From positions 2,170,001-2,234,000 of the forward strand of contig JAYWIR010000020.1 in the NCBI GenBank assembly GCA_036172245.1: a DNA stretch of 64,000 nucleotides, given 5' to 3'. Source of the stretch: Raillietiella orientalis (taxonomy: Eukaryota). This document shows, in pieces, positions 36,911 to 49,950 of this stretch; within the stretch, counting starts at the first letter, position 1; each line of letters opens with the position of its first letter. The notes under the pieces were generated by a model. It saw only the letters and a program-made list of their open reading frames with translations. It was not told where the DNA came from and did not search any database. Both the position numbers and the translations under genes were made by a program.

Positions 36911-39900
36911 AGCAAAAGGAGGAGCGCTGGTACTGATGCCGCCCGCAGACGCGACAAGTCACTCGATCTTTTGTCTCCCTCCCACCATTCCTCTCTCCCC
37001 CCTTTCCTCCTCCCTTCCTCCTTTCCTCCTTCTCACTTCCTCCTTCTCTTCCTCCCTTCCTTTCCCCCCACTCTTCCCCTCCTCCTCCTTTTCGCCTCCT
37101 CTCTCTACCCTCCCCTTATCCTTCCTCCTCTTCCTCTTCCTCTTCTTCCTCCTCCTTCTCTCTTCCTTCTCCTCCTCAACCCTGCCGACTGGCGGCCAGG
37201 CAGATCCCGGAGCAGGCGCACGCGATGGACTTCCAGTGTATCCCTCTCCCTCTGCCCTCACCCGTCTCCTTGCGGGGCGCCGCGCGCCAATTTCCGGGAA
37301 TTCCCCGCTCGATTCCGCTCGGTTCCTGGGGCCAAGAAGGCACTCCGGACGCTCCGGATTAGCGCCTCGGCATTCCACGAGGGGTGACGGAGGGGGAGCT
37401 CTGCGCACGTGCTCTCTCCCTTCCCTCCGAGACGTCCCCCTCCCCATAAATGAAGGGGCTACAGGGGAGCCGGCGGGGAAAGAAGGGAGCTCCCCGGTGA
37501 TGTGCGAAGGCACCGTGGAGAGCCGCCGCGCCACCTGAACTCTCTTCGAATGCCCCATACCCACCCAGGAGAGAGAAAAGAGGAGCAGCGGCTACAACAG
37601 GGGAAACGGGAGAAAGGAGAAGGAGGGGCTGAGAGGAGGGGGAGGAAGGTGCCCTTCAGTTCCCTCCGAGGTTCCCCCAGTCCTGATAAGATCTGCCAAT
37701 TAACAGATGAAACCATCTGAGGGGAGGACCAGCGACGCGTGCCGTGTGCCCCTAGTTTCTCTCTTTCCCGCCCAAAAGGGAAAAGGGAGTTGAGAGGACT
37801 TCCACTCCCTCCTCCCATCCCAGCGTTCCAGGAGCGAGTCGCTCCAGGGGATGGCTTTCCTCTACCCTTCTCTCCCCATCCGGAAAGGGGACCGGTAACC
37901 GGGACTGCCTCCGCCCGCAACCCTCGGGGATCCACAAGGGGGGATGGGGGAAGTGAAGGGGGAGAATTCCCGTCTCGGTGCCAACGGAGACGTCTCCGCA
38001 CTGGAGGCGGCTGCTCCACTTTTTGTCCTCCTGTTCTTCTTCTTTTCCTCCTGTGTTGTTCTCCTCCTCTTCCCTCTCTTCCTGTTTTTCCTTGATTCCC
38101 TCCGTCCCTCTTCTTGCCTTTGCCTTTTTTCCTCCTCCTTCTTTCCCTCTTGCCGCTGTGGCCAAGCGGTCGGCTGGACCGGCGCGCCCCTTCATTTGAA
38201 TCGATAAATCAACCGGCGGCTGGCTCTCCGCAGTGATCTCCGAGACCAGGCCAACCTCGACGGAACCCCCCCCCCCCCTAACGGTAGCCAAGGAAATCTG
38301 CTCCGCCCTCCCGACCGCCGCCGTGGGTCTTCCGTTCGTCATTTTTTTTTTCCAGCAGCCACTACGAACGCGACTGACCCGGCGTACTCCCTCCCCAACT
38401 ACCCCCCACCCTCATCTCTACCTCATGTGCCCTCACCACGTTTTCCCTTTTCCCTCAGGTCACGGGAGCTGCCTCACCGTGCGCGCCCTCTGCACCGCCA
38501 GGGGCGACTAGCTCGAGGCCACCCTTCCGTCCAAAGGCAGTTCCTATCGTATTCCCTGAGTTGGGCCGGCCAGAAGACGACCCGTGCCCACTCCGCCCCT
38601 CCCGAGCGACTCTTCCCGGACACGACCCTCCCCGGCGGGCCAGCGCCTGAGGAGGCATCGCTCCTGCCTCCTCGACGCCTACTTTTGCCTCCTCCACTGG
38701 GCAGAGGAAGCCTTCTGCCGGAAGGGAGGCAGAGAGGACTCCCGATTCCACGTGGCCTCTATGGGCCGAAACCATCGGGACACCAGCGCTTGAGCAGCAC
38801 GGCCGCACTGCCCTAGGCATACAGGGAGCGCGTTTGTCTCTCCCAGCGACTCCTTTCGCTCCTCCTCATCCCCCTCCTCTCTGATCCTCGGCGAGCTTCT
38901 CCCGGTCCGCGGCCCTGTCACTCAGGCTCTGCTCCTCTTCCGACAAATGGCTGAAGTGGTCAAGAAGCGCGGGTGCAGGTGGGTTAGGAGGCACGCGGCC
39001 CCAGGATCCGAAGCCCTTTCCGCCCCCCTCGGCAGCCGGTCGGCTCTTGCTGTCCGCTTCTGGGGGAGGACTCACCCAGCTCCAGGAAGCCCCGCGCTTC
39101 TGCCGATCCTCCGCCATCCCGCGTGCCCCTGCTCCGCAATCGCAGCCGTCCTGCAGACAAGGTAGGAGGTGCCGCAGCTCCCCACGCTTACCCTCGATGG
39201 CCACGCTTCCTGGGTGTAAAGTGGAGGGAGCATTAGACTCTTAGGAATCCCCATCCCCTATTCTCTCTGCGGTCGGCTCTTCTATGAGACCAGCTCCTCC
39301 CTTCCCCCTTTCCTGCCCTACTCTGGGGTGCCCAAGGACGGACCGTGCGGACCGGTTGCAGTCCGTAGGAGGCGCTCCCCGCTGCTGCCTGCGTCATCGC
39401 CGTCTCCCCTCCTGGAGCTCCGGGACAGCGCCGCGCCACTCGATAGCGCTCGCGCTCCATAACCATCGGGGGGACGTCAGCAAGCATCGGCGTCGGCACC
39501 AGGAGGGAAGGAGGGGAGGGAGGAAGGAAGGAAAGCAGACATGGGGAGCGGCAACCCGAGAGGTAGTGAGACAGTGCCCCTACGGCGGGGCAGAGCACGC
39601 GAGGGCACTTCCTGTCCGTCTCATCTCTCCGCGCTCCCTCGAGTGCACGGCGGGGCGTGGGAAAGAAGGAAAGAAAAGAGGAAGGGAGGAGAAGGAAGGA
39701 GGTGGAAGAGAGAAGGAAAAGAGGAAGAGGTTGAGGAAGAGGAGGAGGAGGGAGAAGAAGGTGGAAGAGAGGAGGAGGAAAGGGAGAAGTAGAGGGAGAG
39801 AAAGAGATGAGGATAGGAAGAGAAGGAGGAGGAGGAGAGAGAGAGGGATTGATCCTCTGGAAGTACGAGGTGGGGGTACTCTCGGATCGCTTCCTTGCGC

Positions 39901-40749
39901 TTTCAGCAGAGGTCGGGCATCCCTTCTTCTTCCCCTCCTTGGGTTGGTTTCTTGATGGTGGATCTTCACGGATGGAGAAGGACGGATGATCACTGGTGGA
40001 CTGGCACCCCTCTCACCTCTTTTCCTTCTCCGCTTCTTTCCTTCCTTCCTTCCCCCCCTTCTTTCCCTCTCCTTTGAGATAGGAGGCAGAGGAGGCTCTA
40101 GAGTAGGGGGGAGGAAGGAAGAGAAGGTCTTTTTCCTCCTCTCCCTTCTTCTTCTTCTTCTTCCTTTTCTCAGCCTCTCTTGTTTTTTTGTTCTCCTCCG
40201 CGCGCTGCCCTTGGCGTGATGGATGGAGGGAAGGCGGAGGGGAGGAGTGGGAGGGGGAGGAGATGACCGCCCGCATCTTCTCGTGCCGCCGAACCGGATC
40301 CATCAGACGAGCCAGATCTTATCTGGGAGGCTCGACTTCCGTGGACCATGACGGATTCCACCAGGACCGCATGAGTCATGCGGTCCACCCGCCTCTGAGC
40401 ATGCGCGCCCTTGCGGCGGAGGCTGCGCCTCGCTGCCGCCGACGCTCCTCGGCAGCTTATGGTTGGTCCCATCCCCCTTCCCTCCAATTTTTCCCCCACT
40501 TGGAACGAAAACTTCTCCAGGAAGAAAGAGGGGAGAAAAGTGGGAGGAGAAGATCCCGGAAGGACGAGAAAGTGGGGGTGGAGTGTTAAAGAACGGGAAG
40601 ACCAGGAGTCGCGCGGCCGGAGGCATTGGTTCATTCGTCGCAAGAGCGCCAGGAAGGAGGGGAGAAGGAGATAAGGGGGTGCAGATAGGTAAGAAGAAAA
40701 AGGACGCATCCTCCTAAGGCGACTTGGAGGAACCCGTCACTTGGCAACG

Positions 40750-42200
40750 AGAGGAGGGTGCGATCGCCGGAGTGCTATTCTGTCCGCTTAGGGAGGCAGG
40801 AGGTTCCTCTGCTTCCTCGATACCTTCCTCTTCTTCCCTTCTCTTCGTCCATCCTCTCCCTGTTAGTTGCTGTTTCCCCCGGAGCCCTCAGGGTGGCAAC
40901 TCCGCCCCATGCGTGCATCAGTCGTAGGGATGAAGCGTAGGATCGGGGAGGATGGTCATGAGGGCTTCCTAGCAAGGCAGATTGCTCGGGTGAGAGGTAT
41001 GAGGTGCTCCCTATCTTGCCACATGGAGCTGCCTGGAGTGGTGCTTGTCCCCTTCCCTGGCTGCAGCCCCCAGTGTCTCCTCCTTTCCTAAGGGTGGAGC
41101 AGCACGGGAGGACCTCTCGTCTTCTCTTCTTCGTCTCCCGGAGAACACCTGGACTTGCTCTGAGCTCATGCGGGTAAGGCAGCCAATCCGATCCGCCCAC
41201 ACCCGGTCACACGATGACCCACGTGAGGAGCACCGTGCTGCCTCAAAGGGAGGAGGGTGGGGGGGGTTGGAGGTTCCTCTGCAGTTTTCCGGCGTCTCCC
41301 AGCCTCCACCTCTGCTGCGGATCAAGAGATCCGGTCCGCACCCCCGAAGACACCGCGAACCATTGCTGCACCCCCCACCCCCCCTCGTTAACCCTCCGCT
41401 CCGAAGCGGAGGAAGGAGCCGAGGTGGGGAAAAGAGAAAAAGGAGTCCTGATGCTGTAGAAATTGTCCGGAACTACGTGACCATCGGCAGCTGAAGAGGG
41501 ACCTCCCGCTTTCCTTGAGACGGGAGGTCCCCATTTAGTGGAGAAAGAGGAGGAAAATGAGAAAAGAGAAGAACAGGAAGAGAAGAAGAGGAAAAGGAGG
41601 AGAAGAGGATAGTAGCAAGAGGAGAAAAGGAGGGAGGGGGGAGGAGAAGAGGAGGAGGAGGAATGGGGGAGAAGAGGTGGAGAGGTGGAACACGTCTTTC
41701 TTCAGCAGTCTCTCTTCTCATCTGATCACGAACGAGCAGAGCGACGGACAGTGCCGATTCAGTAAAGGCGGCCCTGCAGGACGGGCCCAGACTTTCCCTC
41801 TCATGCCCGTTTTCCACGCGTCCCCTCCAGCTCCCTTCCTTCCTAGTTTCTCCCCCTCCTTTGCGCGTGGCAGAAGGCAAATCTCTGCTCCCTGGAGGCG
41901 TCCAGCAATTCATCCAGGAAGGCACCGCCCCCAAGGAAAGGGGTCCTCGGGAGCCGCCGAGGAGGAGGGTGAGGGACCTCCCAGATCCACCTTTGCCGCC
42001 GGTCGAATGGCACGACGTCCTCCGCCCTTGCGGTCCCTGCTCTTCTCCCGGTTGTCCAGCTCCCACCTCTTTCCCGCAGATGCAGCAGTCCTCCCTTTCC
42101 TGGAAGTTTCCCTCTCCTGCATCTTTCCCTAAGGGCGTCTCTGCCTTTATCGGGACGCAGGGGTCCGGCGAAACGCTATCGTGCTTACAGCCTCCGGGGC
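40750..42200 (-). mobile_element. Decayed gypsy pol remnant just downstream of Msx
   Basis: DSVSPDP..IKA ~42170 (cf. DGIKPDPEKVKA); SLGAV..GSRDLPSATRK ~41930-41860 (cf. GLGAV..ASRSLTSAER); WLPYPHELRASPGVL ~41185-41141 (cf. YWPYRHELSVEDGLL). Confidence 0.45.
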
Positions 42201-42542
42201 CAGAGGACGGCAAACGCGCGGCGGGTCTCCCATCCCGGAGGATTCTGGGGTCATCGGACCCTCGTCCGTCGGGTGGACGCCGTGAGCGCGAATCTCCTCC
42301 TTCCCCTTCTCCGGAAAACGCGGCACGGGGGAGGAGAGGGGCGGTTCCCGGGCAGCCCCTCCATCGACTGTCACTCCACCCGAGGGGAAAGGGGAAGGAA
42401 AGGGAGGGATGCGGCGTGGCGGCGAGGAGAGAAGGCGCTCCTCCCCTCACATGCTTCGCGCCGCCATCACCGCTCTCGTCTTTCCTCCTCACAGTATCCC
42501 CTCTCCCCCCTTTTCCTCTGTCCTTTCCGTCTCCAGAATTCT

Positions 42543-42548
42543 TTTAAT
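42543..42548 (-). promoter_or_regulatory. Possible Msx polyadenylation signal (ATTAAA)
   Basis: First A(A/T)TAAA-type hexamer I found on the minus strand after the stop, ~240 nt downstream. No transcript support. Confidence 0.3.
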
Positions 42549-42790
42549 GCGAGACAAAGCGGCAACCAACACGAGAAGATGCGAGGGAGGAGGAGGTGGT
42601 GGAGTGGGGTGGGAGGGGGGAGGATGATACGGGGGTGGGTCGCTACTCGTACCTCGGACCCCGCCTCCTGCTCTTCGACCTTCCTCCTGCTTGTCCACTT
42701 CCCGTCCCCGCCACGCTCGCCCTCCAGGGTGAGGCGGAGGCGGGTGGAAGGGAGTGAGCCCTCCGCTCCGGCGAGGGAGGGGGCGTAGGC

Positions 42791-44235
<1,445 letters not shown>

Positions 44236-44770
44236 TGAGGCTGTCGGGGAGCCTTCCGCCGAACCAGGAGTATCCTCCGGGAACGAGGGGCCACGGGCCG
44301 CTGCGGAGGGAGGGCTGGGGGTGGTGGAAATGGTGGAGGCCGAGGGTCACTGGACGGGGAATGGCCCACGGCTGGATGACCGCCTGGGTGTACGACGACG
44401 ACTTGGGAACGGGGGAGAATGCCCCCGCCGACGGCTTCTTCCCGGGTCCGCCCCGATAGGGGTCTCCTTTTTTCTCCTCGCCCCCCTCCTCGTCCTCCTC
44501 CTCCTCCTCTTCCCCCTCTTCCTCTTCTTCCTCTTCTTCCTCTTGTTTTTCTTCTTCCTCCTCCTCCTCCTCGTCTTCGTCGCCTTCGCCGTCCCCTACT
44601 TTCTCCTCCTCCTCCTCCTCCTCCTCCCCCTCTCCCTTTCCTTCCTCCTTCTCCTCCTTCCGACGGCGTCGACGCCGCCGCCGCTGCCTTTGGCGCCGTT
44701 CGCCGAGGGCGTGCTGTTTGGCGCCCAGCAGCGCGTTGACGCTGAAGTCGCTGGGCGGCTTCCTGGACAT
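44236..44770 (-). CDS. Msx: Msx/msh exon 1 (eh1 motif, acidic tract, Trp motif)
   Basis: ATG at 44770 gives MSRKPPSDFSVNALLG (FSVxxLL = eh1/Groucho-binding motif typical of Msx N-termini). The frame is open for 535 nt to the donor CTCA|gtaagt at 44235 (phase 1, matching exon 2). GYSWF lies just before the intron. Joined CDS = 1023 nt, 340 aa. Confidence 0.87.
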
Positions 44771-45250
44771 CCGCCGCACGCGCTCACGGCTCGCACCGCG
44801 CACGCAGTGGGTCACCGGGAGAGGTTCCGCTCCCGGTCGGTCCCTCCGGGACTCCTCGGGAGGACTCCTCGGGACGCCGCCGTCGGCGCATCGGTCGATC
44901 GTCGTTGTCGTCCTGCGTGATCGGCGGCGGCCTGACTGCCGCGTCGCCGGCAGCCCGCGTCCGTGTCATCCCGGAAGCAGGGAAGGCTGCGAGCCGTCCG
45001 GGAGGAGGGGCTTCGCCGGCGCACGCCCGTACCACGCGCCAATCCCATGCCGACTTCGCGGCAGCGCTTAGCAGCGGGAACGCGTGCTCGGCTCGGTTCG
45101 TTCCCCCGAGGAGGAGGAGGGGGGGAGCACCGCGCGCGCCGCGATCGGGTGGCGTCGGCGTCGACGATGGCGCCATCGCTCCCCGGCTCCCTCGAGCTCG
45201 CCGGCCAGACGGAAGGGGGAGCGGAAGCGGTCCCCTTTTCCCACCCCCCC
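44771..45250 (-). promoter_or_regulatory. Msx 5' UTR / proximal promoter region (CpG-dense, no obvious TATA)
   Basis: Lies immediately upstream of the ATG, is very CpG-dense, and has a CCAAT at 45039. The TSS cannot be placed from sequence. Confidence 0.35.
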
Positions 45251-48249
45251 TCCCCCTCCCGGGGAACGTGTTTTCCTTCGAGGTAGCTTCTCTCCCACTT
45301 TGACCTCGGTGCCGCCGCCGCCCCCCAGGCAAAGCGGTGGAAGGGGGATCGGAGGCAGGAGACCGGGAGTGCCACCTGGAGAGTGGCGGCGTAGAAGGCG
45401 CGGCAATGGCCCGTTCCCGACGCCGTTCGCGACTAGGAGAGAACTCCCTGCGTCCCTCGCGCTCCCATGACAACGGCGGAGCGTGCGAGACATGACCATC
45501 CTCCGTACTTCCCTCGGTCCCCCTCCCCTCCCCCCGCCCCTTCCACTCCACTCCTCAATCCCACCTCCGCGGCGGATCCAGGAGTCGTTGCCATGGCGGC
45601 AGCATGCCCTCCGGCACGAGCGACTGCCGTCACGCCGCCGCCACCGTCCGCGACCCACCCCTCGGCAGTTGCGAGCGATCATCCATCACCCTCCGGTTGA
45701 CCCGAAATGCGGACCCGGAAGGGCACCATTCCTCTTCTCCTCCCGAACGGACGCACGCGGAGGGAGAGCCCCAGGATTCAGTCACCCCTCCTTACTTCTC
45801 CCCCCCCCCCTCGGCTCAGCGGGCCGGGGAACGACGGCCCTTTTTCAAGCTCCGGCACCCAGCATACAAGGCGGGGGAGGGCGAAGCAGGCCCTGAGGGT
45901 TTCCTCCTCTTCTCTGTCCTTGGTTTGCTTAGACGTTTTTAGAGGGTGCGCCACTTTCGCGGGCGACGACAGCCCAGGAGACGCGCCACCTCCCCCCGTT
46001 CCAGTGGGTGCAGCTTGCTTTCGTCATGCCTCCCCCTTTTGCGAGCCGAGACTGCACACACCGGAAGGGGAAGGCGCAGACGCAAGGGTGTGGAAGGGGG
46101 GAAGAGGGGGCGTCAACGGTCGCGGATCAGCAGGGACGCGCGGCGGCCTTCCCCTGTTGGCACAGAGGAAACCGGAAAAGAGGGATCCAGCTGGAGGAAG
46201 GCAACTGTTTAGGATGCTGCTGCTGCCGTTGCTGAGGCCTTGGCAGCGGAGGAGGAGGAAAGCAGTGATGGACCACACTTCGCACGCAGCTGCTCCCGGA
46301 CTGTCCCACCCTGGGCGAGCACACAGGATGCGTCATCGAAAAGCGAGGCGTTTCTAAAACATGGGAGCGCGAGGATACAGGAGAGGCATCAACTGCCTCC
46401 AGGCAGGACCTCCGAGCATACTTCTCTCCTTACCTCTTCCTCCTCTTCTTCCTTGCTCTTCCTCCGTCCTCACTCTCACTTCCTCCTCCTTCCTTTATCC
46501 TTCTTCCTCCTCCACCTATTCCTATATTGCTCCTCCTTTCCCCTTCCTCTTCCCCCTCCCTTCCTTCTTCCTCCTCCTCCCTTCCTTCTTTTCTCCTCTT
46601 CCTCTTCTTCTTCCTCCTCCTCCTCCTACATTCTTCCTTTGCTTCTGCCCTAACGAAGTCTCCCGAGAGCGTCTGCTGCTGCCGACTCTCCTCCCTCCCT
46701 CTGTCGGGCAGGTCATGGATGCAACGCGGCTCTTCTCCTTGTTTCCTTTCCCTACTTTCTCTCCCATTCCTCCCTTGCTTCCCGGCACCTAGAGGTGGTT
46801 CGGGGGGCTCTGGAGGCAGCTGGCGGCAGCAGACCCGGCATCGAGCTGAACCTTCCCTCCCTGTTTCTGTGACGACGGAGGCGGGAGCGAGTCTGGAAAC
46901 GGGGATTGGAAGGGGAAGGGGACGCATGAGGACAGCAGCCACCGGCGCCATAACGGATAGGGACGCGGAGTCTCGCAAGGCGGGCTCTTCTAGCTCCTCC
47001 CCCTCCCTCCTCTCCGTTCCCGGAAACTCCCCGTCCCTCGAGCGAGGGGACCAGCGGCGCGCAGCCGCGAACCGGCTGGAGCGGCGCGCGCCGCACTCCA
47101 CCTGCTTGCTCGCCGAGAACTCCCGCTTCTCCTCACCCCCGGCTTCCCCTTCCTTCAGGGAGGAAGAAGGGAGCACGCTTCCCAAGCGCCATCACGTAGT
47201 GGTCCCTTCTCCCCTTCCTCTGCCTCCCTCCTCCTCGCGGCGTTCCCAGGGTCGACGCATCCCGAAGTTTTTCCTCCCTGAGGTTTCCGAAGGACCAGAC
47301 GGCAGCCTGCGGGAGCCGTCTGCCATCTCGAGGCTCTCTTGGACGCGGTCGAGCTCCTTCCTCTTTTCGGAACGGCTCCTCCTCCCTGCACGCTGTGACT
47401 CCCTCTTCTGCCCTGGGGCGGGTGCGAAGGGAACTCCCTCTGCTTGCCCTACGGGGAGAGGTCATCGAGAACTCACCCTTCCTCCCTCCTATCTGCCTCC
47501 CTTCCTCTCCGATCAAAAGGGAGGAATAGATGGGCCACGGAGGCCGGTACGGGAACGACAGGGGTCATCCGCTCCCAGACGATCCCTCCTCTTCCCCGCC
47601 ATCGCCCGGAGCGAGAGGGGAAGAGAAGCAGGATGAAGTCCATGGAGCGAGAGGATGCACGGAAAGTCGTGGGAAGCTGCGTGGGGCGACTGCAGAGAGA
47701 GCGGAAGAACGGGAGTTCACCTCTGACTACCCATTTTCACCCCTTTTTCACCCCTCCTCTTCGAGTGCCCGAACGCAGCCGCCGGCACGGAGAGAGCGTG
47801 GGAGGCTCCCCTTCCTCTCCCCTCCGGGAGCTCGTCGTTTTCCGGGAGAGGACGGTGAAAGGGGGCAGTGAACTTCTTGGGAGGGGCGGCAACCCTTCTG
47901 CGGGGACGCCGGAGGACTCTGAATTCAGGTCGCTCCCGGCCGTCCCCGACGCCGCGGAGATCCCCTTGCGTTGCCTAGGTTATCGCTCGCCCGAGCAACG
48001 GAAGCTCCGCTGCCGCCAGAGTCCCAGCTCTTCCTGGTTTTCTCGGCCGTTCCAGATACGGGCATGGATGACCCCAGCGGGAAAGAAAAGGGCAGGGAAA
48101 CACGAGACCCTTTCCTTCGAGCGCGGAGATCCCCACTCGTGGTCGGCTCGATCTTCCTCGACCGCATGGCATTCCTGCGGAAGGGCGTCGCGAGCGCTTC
48201 CCCGGGGGCAAGGAGGAGGGTAGGAGGAAGAGAGGGGGTGTGACGTCCT

Positions 48250-49950
48250 GGGACGGCAAGGCGAGGCAGCGGGCACCCCACGTCCGGCCTCCGCAGGGTC
48301 GGCGAGAACGCCGAGCCCTTGGAAGGTCCCTTCCTCTCCTGTCCTCCAGGGCGTGTAGAAGGGAACCCCAGAGGGGTCCTCCTCAGGGAGAGGGTAGCAT
48401 CAAGCAGGCAGGCAAGAAACAGCTGCTCTGGGGTTTGACAACGCCCGGATGCTCCGGCCGGCCCTCTGTTCCTCCCTCGATCCGCCCCCTCCCCCACCCG
48501 AAACGCCGTTTCTGGCGGCTGCGCCCGCTCTCCTCCTTCGCCCGAACACGAAGCGGCGGTGCCTTTGTAGACGCAACCCTGAGGTCCTCCTCAGGAACGT
48601 CTTCCTCCGGGCAAGGGGAGCAAAGGAGAGGGGGGTGAGGACGAGTCCCGCTTCCGGGGTATCAACCCCCTCCGGGATTGAGCGAGGAAGTGGAGTGGGG
48701 GTTGGGGTGGAAAGTTCTGCCTCGCCTCGCCTTTCCCCCCCCCCTCCCCTCAACTACACGAAAACGAAGGAAGAGGAGGCACCGGTCCGTCTCCTCTCCC
48801 ACCTCCACCCCGCTCTCAAAGGACCTGGGGAGCAAAGTGGGTCGAGGGGAAGAGGAAGGACGGTGGGGCGGGCAGGCAACTCTTCAGATGCCGACGGTGG
48901 GAGGGCGAAGCGAGCGCTCCTTTACCGCCTACCACCTCTGCGCCTCGACCCCACCGGGCTTCCGGGAGCGGTCAAGGAACCGAGGAGGCGCTCGGGGGAG
49001 CTGCGTGGAAGGGCCGGCGGGGGAGGTCGCGGAATGTCTCTCCTGTCCTCCCCCGCGATCTGCCCAGAGGGCTGCCCGGAGTGCCGCTTTCCGGAGGAGA
49101 ATGTGGGTGCAGGCGCCACCTGGCGGTACCTGAGAAGCCACCTCCTCCCCACTCGCTCGCCTCTTAGCTTCCCCCCTGCTGTCCGCGAGAGTGCGCATGT
49201 ATTCCCCATTCTGGGGTGCTCAACCGGCTGCTGTCCGCCCTCTTCCCACTCTTCCCGAAAGTCTTCTGCTTTTCGGATGCTGACGTACTGACCTCGGGAC
49301 GCGTCGATGTCGCGGGGGAAGGGAAGCCCCAGGGTGTGTAGGGTGCGGGGCGAGGGCTGCTGACGAGCGCGAGCGAGCCAGTGGGGCAGAAGACGCCACC
49401 TCCCGCTCTCCACTCCCTGACCCGCCTGTGACCGCGGTGAGTCCCCTGGATCCGCTGGAGTCTCCCTCTCGAGTGCTGCGCCTCCCTCTTCCAGTGTCCA
49501 GGAACTCAAGCCGAGGGCGTGCGCGACCACGGAATGCGGGAATCGGCCGCTTCCCATGAGGGCGCTACTGCCGAAGGCCACCCGAGTCCTCAGTTCCTCC
49601 CATGCCCTAGGGTATTCGTGGGAGGAGAGGAGGTCAAGTAGTCTGTCAGTCTCCGGGAGTCTCTTCGCTCTCAGGTTCTCCTTGTGTCCCAGAAATGGAA
49701 GGGAGGAAGAGGAGGAAGGGGAAAGGGGAGGGGACTGAAGGGTTTCCTTCAGTGCCGCAACGCCAGCACTGGAATAGAGGACCTGCTGATCCCTCTGGCC
49801 TCAAGGCCTCTTCCAGCCCCCCGACGGAGGTGGGGGAAAGCGGAGCCGGGAAAGGAGGGGAAAGGAGTAGGAGCGTTCGTGCGCGCGGGTGCGACCAGAG
49901 CCCCTCTATCGGGCTGAAGAAGGTCGTGCGAAAAGAGGGCTTTCCGGGAT
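48250..49950 (-). mobile_element. Possible decayed gypsy RT-RNaseH remnant upstream of Msx
   Basis: TNTLGHG..TRVAFGSSA ~49620-49562 (cf. TINTHKG..TRLPFGVSSA); RTLHTLGLPF (cf. RLQEAGLRL); RCQ..LFLACLLDATLSLRRTPLG. Confidence 0.4.

Noticed and set aside
44905..44940. Inr (GCAGTC) plus DPE-like GGACG as the Msx core promoter
   Set aside because: GGACG falls at +25 rather than the strict +28 spacing.
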